DNA from: a virus
Lineage: Duplodnaviria > Caudoviricetes
IMG/VR virus record: IMGVR_UViG_3300026043_000014
Span: 6,588 to 70,587 of that record
DNA length: 64,000 bases
Strand: one strand, 5' to 3'
Shown: piece by piece, positions 48,689-59,848 of the stretch
Position numbering within the stretch: position 1 is the stretch's first letter
How the letters are laid out: each line of letters begins with the position of its first letter
The notes under the pieces: model-generated
Databases searched by the model: none
What the model was told of the DNA's origin: nothing
Seen by the model: the letters and a program-made list of their open reading frames with translations, nothing else
Translations under genes and position numbers: made by a program

Positions 48689-49857
48689 CAGAAGCTCGAC
48701 TCTCCGCCCCGGCCGTGTCGATCGCCTGGAGGAGCGCTGACAGGTTCTTCATGCCCGTTGCGTTTCGTCGGTCCGCTGGAGCAAGGAGTTTGAAACGCAC
48801 CTTGTGCGCCACGTGGGGGTTCTTGTGCTTCGCGAGCTCGAGAAGCGTCGCCTCGTCGCTGGTGCGCACCACGAGTCTTTCGGCCTGCGCGCGGGTCAAT
48901 TTCTTCGTTTTCATCGTAGGGTCCTTCCTGGCCGAAGCCATTCGTTCACGTTAGAAGCTCGACTCCCCGCCAGCGGCCTTGAAAGCGCGCCACTCTCCTG
49001 AGTCGAGCACGCGGGTATCTTCGCGCCGCGCGTAGACTCGCCGGTATTCGTTGGCTGCACGGCTTTGTGCATCCTGCATGATCCGACGGTACGCTTCGGG
49101 CGAAGCTCTTCGGAGAGCGTCCAAACCGGAGAGGCCTGGAGGCAATCGCACGATCGTGCGGTTTTTGCTTGAGACGGATTTGTAGCCCGCCTCGATGAGA
49201 TCGCGTGCGAACGCCAGGTCGTCTTCGTCTTCTTGCTCAGGTGTATACTCGAAATTCATGCTTCTCCTCCGGGAGCGGTCACGGGATGTTGATCCATCGG
49301 CCATTCGTGCCCGCACATGGTGCATACCCACAGATCCCCTCTGGGTGTGCCGGCTTCCGTCAAGCCGCCGGCAACAGGGACAACGCTGTCCGCCGACGAG
49401 CATTTAGGGCACAGGGGCTTCTCGACGTTCATCCTTCGACTCCTCCGTCGCAAAACGGACACGACGGTTTCTCGGGCGTCCCCCAAGACATGACCGCGGA
49501 GCAATTTGGGCACATCGAAAGCAGCGACAAAACGTCAGGCACATCGACGTCAGACACATCAAAGAGAGGCCACAACCGATCGCGGTCGTCCCAATCGAGC
49601 GCGAACGGGATCAGCTCTTTCGCGATCCATCGCATCGATTCTTGCATCCCTCGCAAGAGGGCACGGACCGCGGAGACGGCCGCCTGCTGCCCCGCGGCGT
49701 CACCGCAGGCATACAGCTCGTAGCACGCGACGATCGCATCGAGCGCGCGCGAGTCCTGCCCCGTGAGCGCCGCGAGGGAGCCCTTCTCGAGCTTCGACGG
49801 GCTCGAGGGATCTCGGCCCGCGATGATCGCCCACTGGCGCCAGGTCTGCTTCTTCAT
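48681..49857 (-). CDS. small hypothetical genes (48681-48914, 48951-49259, about 49256-49455, 49429-49857)
   Basis: Overlap chain; CxxC motifs. Confidence 0.5.
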
Positions 49858-50060
49858 TTGCCCCTCTCCCTCTCCAGCTCTTTCTCACTGTGCGCCTTCG
49901 CGGCGGCGATCGCGCGCAACGCTTCGAGCACAGTCGGGCGATCCTTGATCAACCACTCGACACACTCGAGCGTCGCGATCCGGACTGCGAGCTCATCGGC
50001 TTTCGTCATGCTCCCAGTATGCACCCTAATGCCGACTGGTCAAGCACCAAATCGCGCCGT

Positions 50061-50309
50061 CTACGCAGATCGTGATTTCTGGGCGCATTTCTGGGCGCGG
50101 GCCGCGGCCCCGGCGCGTCCGAGCCTTGGGACCCCCCTCAGCGCCGGCAGCTCGAGCCAGCCGTGAAGCGCCCGGACCGAGACTCCGAGACGTTCGGCCG
50201 CCGGCCGGATGGCGCCTCCAGTGGCCTTCATGGCCGCCCGGACGTGCTTCACAGCCCGGGCGTCGCCAGCGCGCAAGAGGACCGAAAGCGTTCGGGCGTC
50301 GAAGGTCAC
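50061..50309 (-). CDS. Fis-like helix-turn-helix protein
   Basis: TGGAIRPAAERLGVSVRALHGWL. Confidence 0.7.
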   Translation of the reverse strand: MTFDARTLSVLLRAGDARAVKHVRAAMKATGGAIRPAAERLGVSVRALHGWLELPALRGVPRLGRAGAAARAQKCAQKSRSA

Positions 50310-50395
50310 GTGACCCCAGTGTGCACGAAAACGCCGACTCGGTCAAACGGGACTTGACGCGACCCCCTTCGGAGCCCGAGACTGATCAGGACAAG

Positions 50396-51764
50396 ATGAA
50401 CGATCCTCGCCCCGCGCGTCGCCGCGTCGTGGAGGTCCCCCGAAAGCCGCCCGTGGAGCTCTTGGCTATCCGCGTGGTGGTCGAAGAGGACCCCGATCCG
50501 GACGTCTCGTACCTCGATCAAGAAGGTCTCGAGGGGCGCCGCGCCGAGTACCGGCGGGGTAAGTTCGGCTACGTCGGCGTGCGCGCTGAAGCCGACGTGT
50601 CGATCGCGAGCACGACGCAGACGCTTTCGAGCCCCGGTCTTTGGGGGATCGAAAACGACGCCCCGACAGAAGAGATCGAAGAGATCGCCGCCGAAGAGTG
50701 GCGCGCGCTCCGCGACGTTCTCTTGGCCGTGGGGGTACCGACGAAGGATTTACCGCTCGAGATCCCGAGCGAACAAATTGAATGGATAAGGAGAACATGA
50801 TGGCGAGAGCGAAGACACACAAGGACGTCGAATACGCCGTCGAAGACGGCAGCGGACAGGAACGCATTTTCAAAAGCTTCGATGAAGCAGCTGGATTTGC
50901 TCTCGGCATGGCCGTGAGTCGCGGCGAGTCCGATCTGGACGTGCTCGTCTTTAGCAAAGCCGGCGCACGATTCTACGGAGGCGACGACGCCGTAGAGCAG
51001 TACGAAGAAGATCCGGAGGCAAGTGTCTTCGAGCGCTTCGAGATCCGTGTCAACGCGGTCGGGAGGATTGCATGAAACGGCATTTTCAAACGGAAGAAAC
51101 ACGCGAAGCGACACATCGAGAAGGCGAAGAAATCGGCCACATCGGCGACGTGCACTGGGCCGAGTATGGCGGCGGTCCCGTCTTCTGCCGATCACAGCCC
51201 GACCAGACCGACATCTTCGGCGACTGCTATCTAGAGTATGTCGAACCGCCGACGGATGACGTCGAATTCGGCGATCCTGAAGCACGTTGGACCGTCTACA
51301 GCGTCGAGCTCACTCCGGAAGTGCCGTCGTGGGGCAGCATCACGGACGTCGCCCGCTCCGCGGGTCAAGATCCACGAGAGCTCCGCGAAGCTTTCGTGAG
51401 CCCCGACCCGATGCAACGCGCGTGGGCGTACGAAACGTGGGCCGGGCACTACGGCTGGCACGAGTTCGACTCTTACGCACTTCAGCTCACGTGCGTCGAA
51501 ATGAACGAGAGGTACGACGCCGATCTCGATTGCGGTGGGGACGATGAAGAGGACGAAGAGGAAGACGACCTCGAAGAATCGGTCGACGACGGTTTCTACA
51601 TCGTTCAGGGGGCGTACAACAATGGAAGAGTCACTACCGAGATCCATTTCGATGATGAAGAAGAAGCTGTCCGAGAGGCGAAGCGGCTCCTGCGCTCAAA
51701 CTACTTCGAAGGCGACAACGTGCGCGTGATCACCGTCGATGGTGAACTCGTGTGGGAAGGCTGA
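50396..51764 (+). CDS. three acidic hypothetical genes (50396-50800, 50797-51075, 51072-51764)
   Basis: Coupled; strongly acidic. Confidence 0.7.
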
Positions 51765-51769
51765 AACCA

Positions 51770-53218
51770 ATGGCACGAAAGCAAATCCAAATGGCTGACA
51801 ACGAACGCGATGAACGCTGGATCGACTTCTACGACGACGAAGCGCTCAAGCTCATGCAAGGCTGGACAGGCGGCGAAAACGATCCGCTCTACGCCATCTC
51901 CTCAAGCGGGGGGAACTACGCCTGGGTCTTCAGCGACGCGATCGAAAATCTCGACGCAGACATCGAGAGCGTGAAGAAAATCGGGCGGAACAAGTATCAA
52001 CTCGGCAAGGGCACCTTCACGAAGCAGGAGATCGACGAGCTTCGAACGATTCGCGACGCCTTGGCGATGGCGCTCGAGTCCGGCGGAATGGAGGAGACGC
52101 GCGAATCGCGCGGCGGCATGCGGCTCATCTACCTTCCGGCGAATTCCGCGTGGGCCTTCGTGTTCGGCGATTCCCCGACGCGAATGGCCGGAGACGAGAT
52201 GTTCTTCCGGAATCGCCGCGATGCTGTGGCGTCGGCGAAACGGCACGGCCTCGCCGTCGACAGGAAGGGGAACGTCACGCCGATCGGCGGTGACTACGAT
52301 GACGTCGGCCGTCATTCGTGGAAGCCCGGAGAGGCGCGCGAAGGGCGTCGAAGCGAACCGGTCGATGAGCACGCCGTGACCGATCTGGTGCTCTACATCG
52401 ACAACACGTCAGACCTGTCACCAGACGGACCGAGCGGGCAAGGGAAAACCACGCTCCTCAATGCGCTTCGCAAGTGGCGCAAGGGCACCTACGATCCGGA
52501 ACGAGCCGTGCAGCTGTTCGAGTATCTCACCGAAGCCGGAGCGAGACGGTACGCGAAAGAGTTTAGCATCGGAACGGACTGGAACACGATCTTCAGCAAA
52601 GCGACCCGTAGAGAGGCGGCGCGGCAGCTGGAAGCGAGCTTTCGCAATCGTGCCGAAAACGGCGAGTACGATGATGTCGACATCCGGCGGGGCGCCAGTG
52701 AGGCGCGGGATCCATACCCGTACCCAACATCCCACACGGGACAGTACAGGCTGACCCGCGACGGCAAAGAAGTCTTGCGCGGATCTGAGGGAGAGATTTG
52801 GAAATGGATGCATCGGCACGAAAGCTCGAGCATCGAACACGCGCTGCGTTACGAGGGCTACAAGATCGAGCCCATCTCTCAACATGGCACCCGAGAAGGG
52901 CGCTCCTCCCGCGTTGCCGACTTCAACACTCTTCACGATCTGATCGCCCACGCAGCGAACGAGCTCGGCGCTACGCACGTCGCGGGCCACGACGCGAACA
53001 CCAGGATCTACTTCCCCCGTGGCGGTCAATGGCCGTACGAAGAAGCTCAGGTGCGGCGCAAAGCTGGCTACTGGCACGCCGATGGTCCGCACGCGCGCAC
53101 GGGCGTGGCGTCTCTGCCGAGCGACGCGAAACCGATCGGGAGAAGCCGCCGAGCGGCGGAGCCACGCCAAATCTCAACTCGCGACGCGCGACGCCCGAGG
53201 CGGCGGAGAGCACGATGA
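51770..53218 (+). CDS. modular polyprotein-like protein (about five modules)
   Basis: Modules separated by TRESR, AREGR, SEARD, TREGR. Confidence 0.75.
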   Translation: MARKQIQMADNERDERWIDFYDDEALKLMQGWTGGENDPLYAISSSGGNYAWVFSDAIENLDADIESVKKIGRNKYQLGKGTFTKQEIDELRTIRDALAMALESGGMEETRESRGGMRLIYLPANSAWAFVFGDSPTRMAGDEMFFRNRRDAVASAKRHGLAVDRKGNVTPIGGDYDDVGRHSWKPGEAREGRRSEPVDEHAVTDLVLYIDNTSDLSPDGPSGQGKTTLLNALRKWRKGTYDPERAVQLFEYLTEAGARRYAKEFSIGTDWNTIFSKATRREAARQLEASFRNRAENGEYDDVDIRRGASEARDPYPYPTSHTGQYRLTRDGKEVLRGSEGEIWKWMHRHESSSIEHALRYEGYKIEPISQHGTREGRSSRVADFNTLHDLIAHAANELGATHVAGHDANTRIYFPRGGQWPYEEAQVRRKAGYWHADGPHARTGVASLPSDAKPIGRSRRAAEPRQISTRDARRPRRRRAR

Positions 53219-53985
53219 CCGAATGGGGGATCTGGGACGAGGCGTCTCTTTCCTGGATGACGGATCCCCTCACCGGCTCGTTCGGCCCTGCGCGCTTCAA
53301 GACGCGACAGGACGCCGAACGAGCCGCCGATCGCGACTGGCGGGAACTGAATCCCGATCGCGTCTTCAAGGTGAGAAAGATCCCTTTCGGGGTTCGGGAG
53401 GCGCGACACGATCCGAACAAGCCTCGCAGCGGAACCTTCGACATCGCCACGCGCGGCGGGGGGCGCGAGACGGTCACCGGGTACGTGCTTGGCGACTACG
53501 GTATGAAGAAAGTACGGTGGTTCTGGGAGTTCACGCATCTACCTACGGGCGTGCGGCTTCTGACGACACCGCCGTTCGAAACACTCGCTAGCGCGATCGA
53601 TCACTTGAAAGATCTCGCTGAGAACGGCCCCTCTCGACCGACAGAACGCGACCTCATCGAGAGGTACGGCGATCAGTGGGGCATGGGGATGAAGGAAAGC
53701 GGCGGCGCCGTCGGCGAAGCTCGAAGAATCGAACCGGAAATCTCAACGATCAAACTCGACAACGATCTAGCGGCCCGTCTGATCGGTACAAGCGTCAGCA
53801 AAACGATGCGAGGGGCGCCAACGGAAACGTGGGTGGTCCACCCTCTCGACGATCCAGGTGCCGCTGTCTTGCAGGTGCAGCTCTTCAAATCCGGCGGAGA
53901 ATGGTCCGCATGGACAGGCAATTTCACGCGCGCTCGTGACCGCGATCTCGCGAAGAGTCTCGCAACGGCTCGGAACGGACGCTGA
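53215..53985 (+). CDS. modular hypothetical protein
   Basis: VREARH and MKESG/VGEARR linkers. Confidence 0.7.
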   Translation: MTEWGIWDEASLSWMTDPLTGSFGPARFKTRQDAERAADRDWRELNPDRVFKVRKIPFGVREARHDPNKPRSGTFDIATRGGGRETVTGYVLGDYGMKKVRWFWEFTHLPTGVRLLTTPPFETLASAIDHLKDLAENGPSRPTERDLIERYGDQWGMGMKESGGAVGEARRIEPEISTIKLDNDLAARLIGTSVSKTMRGAPTETWVVHPLDDPGAAVLQVQLFKSGGEWSAWTGNFTRARDRDLAKSLATARNGR

Positions 53986-54380
53986 TGAGCCACGTGATCG
54001 ACATCGTTGGCACTGCTCGTGTCAACACCTTCTACCGCCGCGTCGTGTACACGGGCGATCTCTCACAGCTCGTCGTGATGGCCCTTCGCCCCCACGAGAG
54101 TATCGGGGCAGAGCGCCATCGCGCCGTCGAACAGACGCTCATCATCGTCGAGGGTTCAGGCAAAGCTATTCTAGACGAACGCAGATTCCCGGTGCGGGCG
54201 GGCGACGCGGTTGTCATCACGCCGGGCACGAGGCACAATCTGATCGCGGGAGCCGACGGCATGAAGCTCTACACAGTCTACACGCCTCCGAATCACATCG
54301 ACGGTACGATTCACCGAACAAAAGCAGACGCGAAAGCGGACGAAGAGGATCGAGCGTTCGGTCAGAGAGTAGGCTACTGA
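53985..54380 (+). CDS. cupin-domain protein
   Basis: IGAERH...EQTLIIVEGSG...GDAVVITPGTRHN. Confidence 0.9.
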   Translation: MSHVIDIVGTARVNTFYRRVVYTGDLSQLVVMALRPHESIGAERHRAVEQTLIIVEGSGKAILDERRFPVRAGDAVVITPGTRHNLIAGADGMKLYTVYTPPNHIDGTIHRTKADAKADEEDRAFGQRVGY

Positions 54381-54999
54381 TGCCAGTGCGTCACGTCGGA
54401 GGAGGCTGCTATCAATGGGGGCATCACGGCAAGGTGTACTGCGGCCCTGGCGCCAAGGAGAAAGCGGAACGTCAAGGCAGAGCCGCCTACTCACACGGCT
54501 ACCGCGGCGCTCGTGAAGCGCCGCAACGTCTGACACCCACTCGAGCTACCCACGACGCGCTGATCTTGTTGCCTCTGCGGATCCGAGAATGGGCAACTTC
54601 GGACCCTCGTGTTCTTCGAACTTTCAACGCGATGGCGAGAAGCTTGCGGCGCAACAGCAGACAACCATTTTCCGAGCAAGCGGAATATCTCGCTACCGAA
54701 ATCTTCAACGCCTACACGCGGAGACGATGATGTTCCTCGCCGACGAAACCCTCACGAGCCGCCCGGAGTGCTCCGCAGCGCTTCCTTCCGGCACGAGCGC
54801 CTACAGGCTGATGAGCGGCGACCCTGCGGGGCTCATGGGCGTCGTCGGGCACACGCTCGGTCGATCCGTGCTCGTCGGCGTGGGCATGGCAGTCGCCGGA
54901 GAGCGGCAACATCTCATCCGCAACGCGACGGCCGGAGCGCTCGGCATCGAGGCGTTCGTCTTGGCGTGGGCCGCTTGGAAGGTGCATCAGGATCGCTAA
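54380..54999 (+). CDS. two-module small protein (54380-54730) and a membrane protein (54727-54999)
   Basis: MPV...YQWG..GKVY...KAERQGRA module, then AREAP linker. Confidence 0.6.
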
Positions 55000-55184
55000 C
55001 GCACCCGAAGCGTCGGACCTCCCTGGAGCAATCCAAAGGCTTCGAGCAGCCAGAGACAAACGGCGAGGATGACGATCACGTTGATGATCGTCTTGATCTT
55101 CGCGTCCATCGGAATGAGCGTGTTCACGAGCCAGAGCGCGACACCGACCACTACGAGAAAAACGAGCAGAGAGATGAGCGACAT
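54996..55184 (-). CDS. small two-TM membrane protein
   Basis: MSLISLLVFLVVVGVALWLVNTLIPMD. Confidence 0.8.
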   Translation of the reverse strand: MSLISLLVFLVVVGVALWLVNTLIPMDAKIKTIINVIVILAVCLWLLEAFGLLQGGPTLRVR

Positions 55185-55214
55185 TCTCGGATCGTAGGCC
55201 CCCTCTCAACGCGG

Positions 55215-56998
55215 TCAAGTCGGCTTCTTCTTCCCTTGAGCGAACTCTACGCTCGCGTCGAACGCGGCCTTGATGTCCGTCCTCGACGGCGGTCGAGTCG
55301 GCGTCAGATCGGGATCCAATTCACGAAGCCGCCGCTCGAGCGCCGTGAACTCGATGCGGAGTCGTCCTGCTTCTCGACAGAATTCGACCGTGCGCTGAAT
55401 CTCCCGAAAAGCCTCTTTCTCGGTTTCGGGCAACCGAAGTTCGAGCGTCCGGAGAGGGAATCGAAACTTCGCGAGACCATCACACACGGCCGAGAGCCGA
55501 GCCACCTCCCTGAGGAGGGCTCTAAACTCCGCCCGCGGGATCGTGATGTCCGACACCCCCGGAGTCTATCACCGCTCTACCTCACGCCACATCTTGGCGA
55601 ATCGCGCCGCCTTGGCGCGACCGGATGCCGTCGAGGCGCATCCGCCTCCCCCCAGACCGCTGAACATCGGCACCAGAACATCTTGGAGTCTTGTTTTGTC
55701 GCCTCGGCAGTATCCTGCCATCCGCGTCAAAGCGCGTGCCGTCCAAAGCGCGCAGCGGCGCGTTGCCGCCTCATCAAGACCGGCTAGGCGCTGCCATTCG
55801 TACTCCGGCACGAGACCCACGTGTAGCTGCCCGAGGCAGCGCGCACGGCCCTTGTCCTGGGTCCAAACGGGGTGCTCGATCCCTTCATGGACTTCGAGCG
55901 CGAAGCGGCTCTCCTCGTACCAGTGCGCGAGCACGGCGACAGCGAGCGCTTTGCGTCCCCAGCGCCATTCGGGAGGCTTGTCTCGGTCTGTCGCCAGCGC
56001 GAGCTCGCGCGTGGCCATCGTGACGCGCTCGGCGTACTGATCCGGCGTCTCGAGAGCCCCAAGCGCCGTCGAACCAGGCTCGTACCATGGGCTCGGTTGC
56101 GAAAGCGCGACGTCGCGGAGTCTCTCTTCGAACGTTCCGCGGGAAGTCGATCCGATCAACAGTAGGGCGAAGAGGCCGACGAGGGTTCGATGCATGACGG
56201 GGACCTTCGTCGGCTACGTGGGGCCTGTCAAGACAGTCGCCTCGGAATGGTGGGCGATGACCGTGCCGCCATTGATGAGATCAACCTTCAAATACGGACC
56301 TTTTAGGTCACCGAAACGTTCTCGCTGTACAGGTGACAAGAAGTCTCGGCCGAAGACAGCTCGGACCGTACCGATGCCCTGCGGCACCTGCACGAGATCG
56401 AAAATGGTCGGGGTCATCCTGCCTCTATCGCGATCACCGTCGCCGCCTGAGCCAAAGCGTCGCCGAAAGTCTCTCCATGGAACGTTTCTCGTCCTGTGTC
56501 GGCATCGAGCACGACGTTGATATCGCCGCAGTAACTCATATACACTTTGAGCTCTCGATCCGCACCTCCGAGAAGCCATTTCTCGAGCAATGCGATGCTT
56601 GCGCGGTCACGTTTCTCTCTAGCACGTTCGACGTCGATCATTTCGAACCCCCTGGCACGCACCGGAACGTCCACGCGCCGGGATTCTCCGGTATCGGATT
56701 CACCCAGACGACCGCGTCTTTCTCGGCACAAGAAACAGGCGCGATGCCGTGCTTCTCCGTGGCCTGATCGCCAAAGAATCCCCATACGGTCTCACATCTC
56801 TTGTTGGGCAAGTCTCCGCAACCCATGCCGTAGTAGATGTCGTTTAGCTGCTCTTCTTTCTCTCGGAGCCGCGCTTGGAGCTCGCGCTTGTCGAACAGGA
56901 GGATCGTCAAACCTCCGAGAAGAGAAGCGGCGACGATACCGAGTAAAATTGCGAGCGACAAATCTGATCGTTTCATCATGATCCTCCTTGTGACGGAT
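55215..56998 (-). CDS. hypothetical genes (55215-55556, 55569-56195 with signal peptide, about 56192-56389, 56414-56785, about 56782-56998)
   Basis: Coupled chain. Confidence 0.5.
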
Positions 56999-59080
56999 GA
57001 CGCCAAGCCACATCAGCGATGTCCTCGTCCATCTCCCGAAGCTGCCGGACGTACAGCCTGAGGGTCATCTCCACGAGGCGGTAGGTCTCGTCCGAAACGA
57101 AGCCGCCAGCCATGTCGATCCAGTGCATCACGGCGGCGTCCGGCTTGTTGAAACCAGCGCCGTCGCGCGTTTCGGCGCCGTCACATCGAGCGATCATCCA
57201 GTCGAACGCGCAGCGAATCGAAGCGCGTTTGGCGTCGTCGAGCTCGAGTTCCGTGTCGTCGTGACCAGCGGCGCCGACGCGGGCGCGGACCTTCTCGATC
57301 TGGCCGCCGATCTTGTCGAGCCAGAAGCCGCGCTCGGCCTTCTCGGCTTCCTCTCGGGCCGCTGCGAGCCGGGCAGCCAGCTCTTCATCGGTCTCCTCGA
57401 TAAGAGCCACGCCGTTCACGGGCGTTGTCACGGTCTTCGGTAGCCGAGCCGTCATCGCGTCGCGGAACCGAGTCGTCTTTTCCTCGAGTAATTCCTGGAC
57501 GCGACGATCGATCGGATGCGCCGACGTCAGTACGACGCACCGGAGGCTCGCCGCGGTCTGCCCGATGCGGCGGATCCGGTCCTCCGCCTGGCAGTTGTTC
57601 GCCGGAGTCCAATCGCGGTCGACGAAGAGGACCGTTGCGGCCCGCGTGAGTGTGATACCGACGCCACCCGCGGCGATCGTGAGTCCGACTCCTTTGAGCT
57701 CGCCGGCCTGGAACCGCGCGACGATCGCGGTCCGATCCTCGGGCTTTGTGTCGCCCGTGATCGTCGCCCAGCCGTCGCGCCCGGCGAGAGCGTCGATCGG
57801 CGCTCGGTGCGCCGAGAAGACGACGAGCGGCTCTCCGCTCTCCTCGTAGTCTTCGACCATTTCGAGCATCGCGGGGATCCGCGACTCGGCGAGCTCCGCG
57901 CGAACCGCGGACATGCGCTCGAACGGAGGCAGGACGCCTGCGTCGAGCTCGGCGCCGAACTCTTCACCGAAGGCGTCGAGCGCCTTGCGCGTCGCGCTCG
58001 AAATCCCGTTGACTTCGATCGTCTGGAAGCGGAACGACGGCAAATCCGGCAGCACCTCTTCGAGCGTCCGGCGGATCATGACCCGCCGGAGACGCTCACC
58101 GACTTGGGGATCGACCGCGCCGAACTCGTAGCCGCCCCATTGGCCAGGCACGCCGTTGAAGAGCCGGAGAAAAGTCTTCCAGCCGCCGAATACGGCCTTG
58201 GCCAAGCCGGCGGTCGAGAGGACCGTCCAGAGATCGAACGGTTTGTTGATCATCGGCGTGCCGGAGAGGAGCCAGACCCTCTCGGCCGTCTCACAGAGAG
58301 CCGCTGCGCCTTGCGGTTCTTGCAGGCGTGCGCCTCGTCCAGGACGATCGTGACGCCGGCCGCGCTCGGAACGTCCTTGGGAAGGATGTCGTAGTTCACG
58401 ATCACGATTTCGCCCGGCTCGGGGAGCCGGAACGACTTTCGGCCCTCAATCACGATCGCGCGGTAGTCCGGGCGCCACTTCTGAGCTTCCGCGGACCAGT
58501 TGAATTTCACGACCGCCGGGGCGATCACGAGGACCCGTGCGCCTTCCGGCAGGGCCACCAAGGTCTGGATCGTCTTGCCGGCGCCCATTCCGTCAGCGAG
58601 CAGGGCCCGATCGTGAAGCGCGAGGAACCGAACCCCCTCGCGCTGGAAATCGTAGAGCCCCTCGCGTGCGGCGCGGACATCGGCCTCGCGACTCTCGGCG
58701 GTGCCCTCAGCCGCCACGGCGCGAAGCTCGGGAGCGACTTCGAGCCCCGCGCGCTCGGCGAGCTCGAGAACACGTGGGAGATCCGCGGGCGCTGTCGAGA
58801 CGGTCCAGTATTTCCCATCAGGCTGCCACCGGGCGCCCGGCATCACACGGACCAGGGCGACCCGATCGGCGTCGTAGGGGAATCGGACGACGCCGCGGGC
58901 ATCGATCCCGGCCGGCCTTGAAGGGACAGCGGAAGCCGCCGGAGCCGGCGCCACGGCGCGGTGACAGGCGGCCGAACGGCAGAGGCACTGCCAACGGCCG
59001 TCGATTTTCTTCGCCTCGCCGGCTCCCGCGGGGACGCGGCGGCCACAAGAGGCACATTTTCCGGGGTACTTGTTGACCAT
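56976..59080 (-). pseudogene. HARP/SMARCAL1-like SNF2 helicase split by a frameshift near 58300
   Basis: 5' ORF has a Zn ribbon, HARP-like FPYD...GARW...W, DGMGAGKT and LDEAH. The shifted frame continues AALCETAERVWLLSGTPMINKP into the 3' ORF (GGVGITLTRA, QAEDRIRRIGQ). Confidence 0.85.
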
Positions 59081-59097
59081 GCCCAGTTAGACGCCTA

Positions 59098-59778
59098 GGG
59101 ACCCGTTGGGATTCACCGAATCTCGATCTTTTTTCTCGGGGGTACCGGGCCCCAACGAAATTCGGTGGGTCCCGGTGAATATCAACGGGTCCCGGTGCGT
59201 CTCACTAGGCATGGCCACCACGACCGCCCCGATGACGTCCGCCCTGGCTGTAACAACCCTCGGAGCCTACGGCTTCGAGCTCGCCGGGGGCGGCATGGCC
59301 GTGTGCGAGGCGTACGGGCTCGTCCCGGCGGCTCCGACCCTGGGGACGGCTCTTTCGAGCCTCTTCCTTCACGACCCCACAGGGTGGGGTCATCTTGTGG
59401 GGAACCTCACATGTATGGTCATTTTCGGTGCCGTGGTCGAGCGGGAGATTGGCTCCTGGCGTCTCCTGGCCCTCTATCTGGCCGCGGGCGTCTTGGGGGC
59501 CCTCCTTCACGTTGTGGTCGACCCTTCGAGCGCGATCCCCCTCGTGGGCGCCTCGGGCGCCATCTTCGGCCTGATGGCCGTCGCTGGAGCCCTCCGGCCG
59601 CGCCTCCTCGGCTTCGTCGTCGCCTTCGCCGGCTTCGAGATCTGGCGGGCGTTCACGAACGACGCCGGAGGGGCTTCGTTCGGCTGCCACTTGGGAGGCC
59701 TCGCCGCGGGGGCGATTTTCGCGGCATTTTGGGGGTCCGGAAGAAAAAATCGAAATTCGGTGAATCCCAACGGGTCCC
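59098..59778. repeat. 21-24-bp element in three copies around the rhomboid gene
   Basis: CGGTGAATCCCAACGGGTCCC at 59758-59778 (+) and 59098-59118 (-, identical; 24/24 when extended); 59173-59193 (+, 19/21). Confidence 0.9.
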
Positions 59779-59789
59779 CGATCATCTAA
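59211..59789 (+). CDS. rhomboid-family intramembrane serine protease
   Basis: FLH...WGHLVGN, GASGAIFG (Ser), CHLGG (His). Confidence 0.93.
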   Translation: MATTTAPMTSALAVTTLGAYGFELAGGGMAVCEAYGLVPAAPTLGTALSSLFLHDPTGWGHLVGNLTCMVIFGAVVEREIGSWRLLALYLAAGVLGALLHVVVDPSSAIPLVGASGAIFGLMAVAGALRPRLLGFVVAFAGFEIWRAFTNDAGGASFGCHLGGLAAGAIFAAFWGSGRKNRNSVNPNGSPII

Positions 59790-59848
59790 CATGACGCACC
59801 CCTGAGAAGACACGGACCCCGGCCGAACCGGGGAGGAAGAGTGGAGAC

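Noticed and set aside
52420-52460. GPSGQGKTT Walker-A-like string as a packaging ATPase
   Set aside because: It lies in a short helical module with no preceding beta-strand context and no Walker B; likely coincidental.
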